A model generated the notes under the pieces. That model saw only the letters and a list, made by a program, of their open reading frames with translations. It was not told the DNA's origin and did not search any database. A stretch of 64,000 nucleotides of DNA. It comes from Haliotis cracherodii. Taxonomy: Eukaryota. A program made the translations under genes and the position numbers. This document shows, in pieces, positions 54,161-64,000 of this stretch. Within the stretch, counting starts at the first letter, position 1, and each line of letters starts with the position of its first letter. The DNA lies in contig NW_027266330.1 of assembly GCF_022045235.1 (NCBI RefSeq), positions 36,642,001 to 36,706,000 of the forward strand, in the 5' to 3' direction.

Positions 54161-54560
54161 TAATTGGAGGTGGATGTTTGGTACCCATGTTTGTAAAGAA
54201 CTATTTCATCGGAGGTACTAGCTGATAAATGATAAATAAAATACCTAGTAAACCACTAGCTGAATAGACAGACAGACAGACAAATAGTTTATTCAGTTAT
54301 TTAGGCATCAAGGCCCATAATAAAATGCAGATTGGATATTAACATTTGTCACTTGCTGTATAATAATTGGAGGTAGATATTTGGTACCAATGTTTCCAAA
54401 GAACTATTTCATCGGAGGTACTAGCTGATAAATGATAAATGAAATAGCTAATAAACTAGCTGATCATGAATAGACAGACAGACAGTTTATTCAGTAATTT
54501 CGGCATCAAGGCCCATAATAAAATGCGGATTGGATATTAACATTTGTCCCGTGATGTACA
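54161..54560. repeat. ~203-bp tandem duplication
   Basis: taattggaggt.gat.tttggtacc at 54161 and 54364. Confidence 0.9.
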
Positions 54561-54841
54561 TGATTAGATTTTAAATCAAGTTACACATTCCTCATTATAA
54601 AGACATGTTTAAAGAATACAGAAACAGCATGGATCATATCAGGATGGGGGGTGGGAGGGGGGTGTGGGTGGGGGGTGGGGGATGGGAGGGGGGTGGGGGT
54701 CAGTTCAGTAAATGTATGTATGGACTTCCCTCTAACAAGGCAGACAGATCAACTTAGGTCACACTGGTCACAATATGAATATTAAAAACATACGTAAACA
54801 ATAGATGACGTCACAACAGTGCTGACATGTTGTTGTGTCAT

Positions 54842-55008
54842 GAGTGAGTGAGTGAGTATGGTTTTACGCCGCTTTTAGCAATATTCACGCAATATCACGG
54901 CGGGGGACACCAGAAATGGGCTTCACACATTGTACCCATGTGGGGAATCGAACCCGGGTCTTCGGCGTGACGAGCGAACGCTTTAACCACCAGGATACCC
55001 GACCGCCC
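54842..55008 (-). mobile_element. SINE family A, young full-length copy
   Basis: TSD tgttgtgtcatga. Confidence 0.95.
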
Positions 55009-55269
55009 TGTTGTGTCATGAACTAAATTGAGTTTGACGTGTTGTTGTGTGTTCATTAAGTATTGTAATAACGATTTTCATCATGATAAAGGCGCGATAG
55101 ACACCATGGCGCAAAGATTAGCTGTGCGATTCTGATTTATAGAGTCCAAACGACGACATGCACATGAGTACTTGACTGCAGAATTCTCTCCTAACGAGTT
55201 TCTGTGTGATCCCTGGACTATGTCAAAAACGCGTCCTTTCATCTGACAGACCGTTATACACTTAGGCCG

Positions 55270-57255
55270 AGCTGTGAAACGTTACACCACTGTAGGACTA
55301 GCTGTGACGTTACACCTCAATAAACCTAGTTGTGAGACGCTACATCACTGGAGGACTAGCTGTGACGTTACATCACAATAAGCCTAGTTGTGAGACGGTA
55401 CAGCACTGTAGGCTTAGCTGTGACGTTACATCACAATAAATCTAGTTGTGAGATGCTACGTATACATCACTGTAGGCTTAGCTGGGACGTTACACCTCAA
55501 TAAGCCTAGTTGTGAGACGCTACATCACTGGAGGACTAGCTGTGACGTTACATCACAATAAGCCTAGTTGTGAGATGCTACATCACTGGAGGACTAGCTG
55601 TGACGTTACACCTCAATAAGCCAAGTTGTGAGACGCTACATCACTTGAGGACTAGCTGTGACGTTATATCACAATAAGCCTAGTTGTGAGACGCTACATC
55701 ACTGGAGGACTAGCTGTGACGTTACATCACAATAAACTTAGTTGTGAGACGCTACATCACTGTAGGCTTAGCTGTGACGTTACACCTCAATAAGCCAAGT
55801 TGTGAGACGCTACATCACTGTAGGCTTAGCTGTGACGTTACACCTCAATAAGCCAAGTTGTGAGACGCTACATCACTGTAGGCTTAGCTGTGACGTTACA
55901 CCTCAATAAGCCTAGTTGTGAGACGCTACATCACTGTAGGCTTAGCTGTGACGTTACACCTCAATAAACCTAGTAGTGAGACGCTACATCACTGGAGGAC
56001 TAGCTGTGACGTTACACCTCAATAAACCTAGTTGTGAGACGCTACATCACTGTAGGCTTAGCTGTGACGTTACACCTCAATAAGCCAAGTTGTGAGACGC
56101 TACATCACTGTAGGCTTAGCTGTGACGTTACACCTCAATAAACCTAGTTGTGAGATGCTACACCACTGTAGGACTAGCTGTGACGTTACACCTCAATAAA
56201 CTTAGTTGTGAGACGCTACATCACTGGAGGACTAGCTGTGACGTTACACCTCAATAAGCCAAGTTGTGAGACGCTACATCACTGGAGGACTAGCTGTGAC
56301 GTTACACCTCAATAAGCCTAGTTGTGAGACGCTACATCACTGTAGAACTAGCTGTGACGTTACACCTCAATAAGCCTAGTTGTGAGACGCTACACCACTG
56401 TAGGACTAGCTGTGACGTTACATCACAATAAGCCTAGTTGTGAGACACTACATCACTGGAGGACTAGCTGTGACGTTACACCTCAATAAGCCTAGTTGTG
56501 AGATGCTACACCACTGTAGGACTAGCTGTGACGTTACATCACAATAAGCCTAGTTGTGAGACGCTACATCACTGTAGGTTTAGCTGTGACGTTACATCAC
56601 AATAAGCCTAGTTGTGAGATGCTACATCACTTGAGGACTAGCTGTGACGTTACATCACAATAAGCCTAGTTGTGAGACGCTACATCACTGGAGGTCTAGC
56701 TGTGACGTTACACCTCAATAAGCCTAGTTGTGAGACGCTACATCACTGGAGGACTAGCTGTGACGTTACACCTCAATAAGCCTAGTTGTGCGATGCTCCA
56801 TCACTAGAGGACTAGCTGTGACGTTACATCACAATAAGCCTAGTTGTGAGATGCTCCATCACTAGAGGACTAGCTGTGACGTTACATCACAATAAATCTA
56901 GATGTGAGACGCTCCATCACTCTAGGCTTAGCTGTGACGTTACACCACAATAAGCCTAGTTGTGAGATGCTACATCACTCTTGGCATAGCTGTGACGTTA
57001 CACCTCAATAAGCCTAGTTGTGAGATGCTACATCACTGTAGGACTAGCTGTGACGTTACACCTCAATAAGCCTAGTTGTGAGACGCTACATCACTGTAGG
57101 CTTAGCTGTGGCGTTACAAATCAATAAGCCTAGTTGTGAGACGCTACACCTCAATAAGCCTAGTTGTGAGACGCTACATCACTGGAGGACTAGCTGTGAG
57201 ACGCTACACCACAATAAGCCTAGTTGTGAGACATTACATCACTGAAAGAGTAGCT
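55270..57255. repeat. 58-bp dimeric satellite (30+28 bp subunits)
   Basis: gtgagacgctacatcactggaggactagct + gtgacgttacacctcaataagcctagtt. Confidence 0.95.
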
Positions 57256-60200
57256 GTCAAACGTTCCACTAGTGTACACACAGGCCTATCTGTGAGGCGT
57301 TACACCCCTGTACACACAGGCCTAGATGTGAGACGTTACACCACTGAATACACAGGCCTGGCTGTGAGACGTTACACCATTGTATACTCAGGCCTAGATG
57401 TCAGACGTTACTCCACTGTATACACACAGACCTCAATGTGAAAACGTTACACCACTGTACACACAGGCCTGGCTGTAAGACGTTACACCTCTGTGCACAC
57501 AGGCCTGGCTGTGAGAAGTTACACCACTGTGCACACAGGTCTGGCTGTGAGACGTTAAACTACTGTGCACACAGGCCTGGCTGTGAGACGTTACACCACT
57601 GTACACACAGGCCTCGATGTGAGACGTTACACCACTGTGCACACAAGCCTATCTGTGAGACGTTACACCACTGTATACACAGGCCTCACTGTGAAACGCT
57701 GCACCACTGTACACACCGGCCTGGCTGTGAGATGTTACACCGGTTTACACACAGGCCTGGCTGTGAGACGTTCCACCACTGTACACACGGGCCTGGCTGT
57801 GAGACGTTACACAACTGTACACACAGGCCTAGACGTGAGACGTTACACAACTGTACACACGAGCATAGATGTAAGACTGAGCCGTGACGATCAAGGGTAC
57901 AAAAGGTTTTCAGAAACCCATGCTTGTCGAAAAAGGCAAATAACGGTAGCCACAGGCCTCACTGCGAGAAGTTACACCACTGTGCACACATGCCTCACTG
58001 TTAAACGCCAAACCACTGTACACAGACCTGGCTGTGAGACGTTACACCACTGTACACACAGGCCTTGCTGCAAGACGTTACACCAGTGTGCACACAGGCT
58101 TTACTGTGAGACGTTACACCACTGTACACACAGACCTAGATGTGAGACGTTACACCACTGTACACACAGGCCTCGATGTGAGACGTTACACCACTGTACA
58201 CACAGACCTAGATGTGAGACGTTACACCCATGTACACCCAGGCCTGGCTGTAAGACGTTACACCAGTGTGAACACAGGCCTGGCTGTAAGACGTTACACC
58301 ACTGTACACACAGACCTAGCTGTGAGACGCTACACCACTGCACACACAGGCCTAGGTGTGAGACGTTCCACCACTGAACACACAGACGTGGCTGTGAGAA
58401 GTTACACCACTGTACACACAGGCCTGGCTGTGAGACGTTACACCACTGTACACACAGGCCTCGATGTGAGACGTTACACCACTGTGCACACAAGCCTATC
58501 TGTGAGACGTTACACCACTGTATACACAGGCCTCACTGTGAAACGCTGCACCACTGTACACACCGGCCTGGCTGTGAGATGTTACACCGGTTTACACACA
58601 GGCCTGGCTGTGAGACGTTCCACCACTGTACACACGGGCCTGGCTGTGAGACGTTACACAACTGTACACACAGGCCTAGACGTGAGACGTTACACAACTG
58701 TACACACGAGCATAGATGTAAGACTGAGCCGTGACGATCAAGGGTACAAAAGGTTTTCAGAAACCCATGCTTGTCGAAAAAGGCGACTAACGGTAGCCAC
58801 AGGCCTCACTGCGAGAAGTTACACCACTGTGCACACATGCCTCACTGTTAAACGCCAAACCACTGTACACAGACCTGGCTGTGAGACGTTACACCACTGT
58901 ACACACAGGCCTTGCTGCAAGACGTTACACCAGTGTGCACACAGGCTTTACTGTGAGACGTTACACCACTGTGCACACAGGTCTGGCTGTGAGACGTTAC
59001 ACCACTGTACACACAGACCTAGATGTGAGACGTTACACCACTGTACACACAGGCCTCGATGTGAGACGTTACACCACTGTACACACAGACCTAGATGTGA
59101 GACGTTACACCCATGTACACCCAGGCCTGGCTGTGAGACGTTACATCAGTGTGCACACAGGCCTGGCTGTAAGACGTTACACCACTGTACACACAGACCT
59201 AGCTGTGAGACGCTACACCACTGCACACACAGGCCTAGGTGTGAGACGTTCCACCACTGAACACACAGACGTGGCTGTGAGAAGTTACACCACTGTACAC
59301 ACAGGCCTAGGTGTGAGACGTTACACCACTGTGCACACAGACGTGGCTGTGAGACGTTACACCACTGTACACACAGGCCTCGATGTGAGACGTTACACCA
59401 GTGTACACACAGGCCTCGATGTGAGACGTTACACCACTGTATACACAGGCCTTGCTGTGAGACGTTACACCACTGTATTAACAGGCCTAGGTGTGAGACG
59501 TTCCACCACTGTATTAACAGGCCTAGGTGTGAGAAGTTACACCACTGTACACACAGGTCTGGCTGTGAGACGTTCCACAACTGTATACACACATACTTCA
59601 CTGTGAAACGTTACACCACTGTACACACAGGCCTGGCTTTTAAACGTTACACCACTGTTTACACAGGCCTGACTGCGAGACGTTACACCAGTGTACACAG
59701 AGGACAACATGTGAGACGTTACACAACTTTACACAAAGGCCTGGCTGTGAGACGTTACACCACTGTACACACAGGCCTAGACGTGAGACGTTACACCACA
59801 GTACACACAGGCCTATGTGTGAGACGTTACACCACTGTACACACAGACCTAGATGTGAGACGTTACACCACAGTACACACAGGCCTATGTGTGAGACGTT
59901 ACACTACTGTACACACAGGCCTGGCTGTGAAACGTTACACCACTGTACACACAGACCTAGCTGGGAGACGTTACACCACTGTATACACAGGCCTAGGTGT
60001 GAGACGTTACACCACTGTGCACACAGACGTAGCTGTGAGACGTTACACCACTGCACTCACAGGTCAGGCTGTGAGACGTTACACCACTGTACACACAGGC
60101 CTCGATGTGAGACGTTACACCACTGTACACACAGGCCTAGATGTGAGACGTTACACCACTGTATACACAGGCCTCACTGTGAGACGTTACACCACTGTAT

Positions 60201-60720
60201 TAACAGGCCTAGGTGTGAGACGTTCCACCACTGAACACACAGACGTGGCTGTGAGAAGTTACACCACTGTACACACAGGTCTGGCTGTGAGACGTTCCAC
60301 AACTGTATACACACAGATTTCACTGTGAAACGTTACACCACTGTACACACAGGCCTGGCTTTTAAACGTTACACCACTGTATACACAGGCCTGGCTGCGA
60401 GACGTTACACCAGTGTACACAGAGGACAACATGTGAGACGTTACACAACTTTACACAAAGGCCTGGCTGTGAGACGTTACACCACTGTACACACAGGCCT
60501 AGACGTGAGACGTTACACAACTGTACACACAGACCTAGCTGTGAGACGTTACACAACTGTACACACGAGCCTAGATGTAAGACGGAGCCGTGACGATCAA
60601 GGGTACAAAAGGTTTTCAGAAACCCATGCTTGTCGAAAAAGGCAAATAACGGTAGCCACAGGCCTCACTGCGAGACGTTACACCACTGTATACACATGCC
60701 TCACTGTTACACCACTGTGA
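57256..60720. repeat. 36-bp satellite S2 with higher-order duplications and three embedded family C heads
   Basis: gtgagacgttacaccactgtacacacaggcctggct; inserts at 57881, 58728, 60587. Confidence 0.95.
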
Positions 60721-61032
60721 GATACACAATACGACCGTACTGTTTGTAAGACATGCATGTGTATCTGCAAGGCTGCCGTGTTCATGCTTTGACAAAATTG
60801 TTCGAGGGCGCTCTTCGTTATTTAGGCAACAGGAGTGACTTCCCTTGAAACAACATACGTTGGAACTTTTACGACCGCTTTCATTCATATTATTCGAATT
60901 CAGTGAAGCAGTTATATGGCTTAAACTGTTTGCCTTTTTTAGTCCACGTCGCATCATGTGTAATTCTACCGAAATCAAGTTTCGTGTTCGCATCATGGTC
61001 ATATAGCCATCATATCTCTTGATTCATAACGA

Positions 61033-61199
61033 GGGGCGGTCGGGTAGCCTGGTGGTTAAAGCGTTCGCTCGTCACGCCGAAGACCCTGGTTCGATTCCCC
61101 ACATCGGTACAATGAGTGAAGCCCATTACTGGTGTCCCCCGCCGTTATATTGCTGGAATATTGCTAAAAGCGGCTTTTAACCATACTCACTCACTCACT
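61033..61199 (+). mobile_element. SINE family A, full length
   Basis: TSD tgattcataacg. Confidence 0.95.
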
Positions 61200-61587
61200 G
61201 ATTCATAACGCGTTCGAGATTATTGCAGTTATATATATTATATCGAAGAGAACTCACATGTGTGTGTGGCTCCTTGTACTGATCAAGACAGTAGCCCAGT
61301 CATATCGCGGCGTGCAAGCGCAAATACAGCTCTGTGGAATGAAAGTATGCCTTCAGTTGTGCTTTTTCGCTTACTTTTAATATACTCCATCGCCAACATA
61401 CCCTAATCCTTCTAATATACGAATGTTTATATGTTTCGTGGTGGGTTTAACATGGTGGACTAATGCCGGTTTTATTTGCTTGTCCACTGAGATATCATTG
61501 GGTACTTGAACATGGATACCTGCCTCCGAGCATACTGCCTTCGAACCGACCAGTCCTCGTAATATCTTCTTCATGTCGTGCGTCAAG

Positions 61588-62542
61588 AAGGGTAACTACA
61601 AGTGCCATCTTTTAACGTCTTGTGGTGTGACATGGTCAGAGGATCGAACACCGGACATCCCTCTCTCCGGGCGGACGCTCTACCACTAGACCACGGAGGC
61701 AGTCTTTTCTACGCCGACCTGTAGTCAGCAAAAATCATCGTTATACCACGACCACATGTATTCTGCAACATGACAGTTATACCACGCGAACTTGTCGTCA
61801 GCAACATTATAGGTGAGGTGAAATTGGGTTTAACGTCGCGTCCAAGATTATTGCACTTATATAGCGACGTGTGTATGTGCGTACGTACGTGCGTGCGTGC
61901 GTGCGTGCGTGCGTGTGTGCTCGTACTAGTGTGTGCTCGTACTAGTCCGGACTGATGCCGATTTATAGTGCTAGCTCACTGAGATACCATGCCGCAGTTT
62001 AACACTCAGACACAGTATACTGACTCCGAGCCGACCACTAGACCACGGAGACGGTCTATACCACGACGACCTGTAGTCAGCTAAAAACATCGTTATATCA
62101 CGCCGACATGTAATCTGCAACATTACAGTTATACCACGCCAACTTGTCGTCAGCAACATTACAGTTATATCACGCCAACTTGTAGGCAACAACATTATAG
62201 GTATACCACGACGACATGTAGTCAGCAACATTATAGTTATACCACGCCGATATGTAGTCAACAACATTATAGTTATACCATGCCGACATGTAGTCAGCAA
62301 CATTATAGTTATACCACGCCGATATGTAGTAGACAACATTATAGTTATACCACTCCGACATGTAGTCAGCAACATTATAGTTATACCACTCCGACATGTA
62401 GTCAGCTACATTATAGTAATACCACGCCGACTTGTAGTCAGCAACATTATAGTTATACCAAGCCGACCTTTAATCTGCAACAATATAGTTATACCAGGCC
62501 GACCTGTAGTCAGCAACATTACAGTTATACCACGTCGACCTC
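61588..62542 (-). repeat. Inverted copy of 36-bp satellite S1 with family D SINE pieces (61588-61702, 61812-62055)
   Basis: gtagtcagcaacattatagttataccacgccgac units; D head ctctaccactagaccacggag present twice. Confidence 0.9.
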
Positions 62543-62631
62543 AGATCAGCGCCGTGAAGTCCAGCAAGAAATACAACAAGAAATACAGCAAGAAATTATA
62601 ACTCGGTCACTTTCTTCTTGGTTAAATTTAA

Positions 62632-62637
62632 TTTATT
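62632..62637 (-). terminator. Probable poly(A) signal of the GH31 gene
   Basis: AATAAA on the minus strand ~445 nt after the stop codon, followed by T-rich sequence. Confidence 0.5.
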
Positions 62638-63080
62638 AGAATATCTCACAGAAACAATTACTTTCTTTTTACATGAAGCATGCTTTCGACACCGGGCTTC
62701 AACTTAACATATACTAAACATCCTGAGATAGAGTATGCCCATATAAGGAATATGACGTCATGGAGAGTGTTGATTGGTTTATGGCGGGATGGTTTATGTC
62801 CTCTTGTATCACACAAAGTACCACATTTCTTTTCTGTGAAAAATGCATAAATGTGCCACACCCCTGGAATATTTGACTGCAATACAACCGCTGATGGATC
62901 ACTGGGATAATGCATGTTTGCATATTTCGTGGTTTGTATCGAGAGGTGGGATGGATCAAAGATTGAAGATAGTTGCTTTGATGGAATCCGATATGTTCGA
63001 AGCCTGTGGTGATTCCGTGACTGAGGCGACCATTGATTGGCTGACTCATGATGGAAGTGAAGCTCATGTCTGATTGGCTA

Positions 63081-63143
63081 CTACGACCACGTGATGGTAT
63101 GGTTGGCGGTGAGGGTCATGTTCAAGTTCAGTAGCTGAATGAT
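63081..63143 (-). CDS. GH31 alpha-glucosidase (GAA/MGAM/SI-like), terminal exon IIQLLNLNMTLTANHTITWS*
   Basis: ctctccatccacag| acceptor, phase 0 matching the upstream exon; ends in the hydrophobic-strand/terminal W pattern of the GH31 distal C-domain. Confidence 0.75.
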   Translation of the reverse strand: MIQLLNLNMTLTANHTITWS

Positions 63144-63700
63144 CTGTGGATGGAGAGTGTGGGATGAAGAAAAAAAATGTGTCAAAAGAATATACGTATA
63201 ATTACATACCGTTTGTTTTAAATGTCTTGATTTCTGTTCTGTATTGTATTCATACCAATATAAAATATCATTTGTTGTCACTATGGATCACATACGTTCA
63301 TCAAATCTACCACAATGTTATATGTGAGGTGGTAAACAATATGTACCCACTCTGTATGTGTGTGTGAAATAAAACTATTTGAAGTACACTGCCGGGCAAA
63401 AGAAAGTAATCACTTTAAAATTGGATCAGACCAAAACATGAGAAACTTTAACGAAACGTAACTAGGCTGAAAACACTGCAAATTTAAGATCCTAAACACA
63501 ACTATGATTCCCGTATGAAATACATCATCATCGAATAACTATTTCATATTTGTTTCATTTTTAGCGATCATCAAACATGGGTGTATGTTTTCCTTTGACA
63601 GACTCTTCCTATTTTACCCAATTTGACCTAATTTATTGAAAACAAATATAGTAATATATATTATTCGACATGTACAAAACATGACATCCACGGGACTCAC

Positions 63701-63856
63701 CGCGAATGACTGCCTGATATTGGTGACGGGCACCTGTTCCCCGTCCAGCGTGACGGTCAGTGGGATGGTCTGGAGGCCGTAGATGTCCAACATGTCCAGC
63801 GGTGGCAACGCTGACCCCGACCCTGACACTGTCGGCCCAACGTGTAGTTCACCAGC
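63701..63856 (-). CDS. GH31 alpha-glucosidase (GAA/MGAM/SI-like), penultimate exon
   Basis: tgtttctgcag| and |gtgagt; 52 codons; LDMLDIYGLQTIPLTVTLDG resembles GAA [20 protein letters not shown]. Confidence 0.8.
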
Positions 63857-64000
63857 CTGCAGAAACAAACACGTCCATGATTCAGTCTTGGCTCACCAAA
63901 TATACTCCACCGACTACAAAAAGCCGTCCAGTTTAGTCCAGAGTCACTTCCGCTGTTGAGACAAAAATGTGGTTGTCTGTGTCTTGTACTTTATACACAG

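Noticed and set aside
57136-60720. Long RRYTTVHTGLAV / CETLHHCTHRP ORFs (Cys/His-rich, zinc-finger-like)
   Set aside because: 36-bp satellite open in several frames, with frameshifts; no real C2H2 spacing
61033-61105. tRNA-Asp-like gene
   Set aside because: It is the head of SINE family A: acceptor stem does not pair, it continues into the SINE body and is flanked by a TSD

Overview
Eukaryotic, repeat-rich animal DNA. The SINE families with (ACTC)n/(CAAA)n tails point to a gastropod mollusc, probably abalone/Haliotis (inference). There is no prokaryotic operon or CRISPR array. The only well-supported protein-coding sequence is the last two minus-strand exons of a GH31 alpha-glucosidase (63701-63856 and 63081-63143). 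There is also a plausible signal-peptide first exon of a second minus-strand gene (12887-12988) and a few weak candidate exons. About one third of the window is some 20 different mini/satellite arrays with 20-101 bp units, which explain nearly all long ORFs in the track. The rest is dense with four SINE-like families, several MITEs, a Helentron-like element, L2 and Penelope remnants and one assembly gap. Most interesting: (i) a non-tRNA retroposon family whose ~67-nt 5' head folds into a pseudoknot with a compensatory change between copies, a candidate ribozyme or structured RNA; (ii) this head, cut at its closing helix, is embedded three times in a 36-bp satellite, which recalls ribozyme-bearing satellites/retrozymes; (iii) that satellite sits at the centre of a ~10-kb mirror-symmetric block; (iv) a degenerate Penelope-type hammerhead enclosed by a perfect 25-bp inverted repeat. 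Family names were assigned from recalled consensus motifs, not database searches, and repeat boundaries are approximate.
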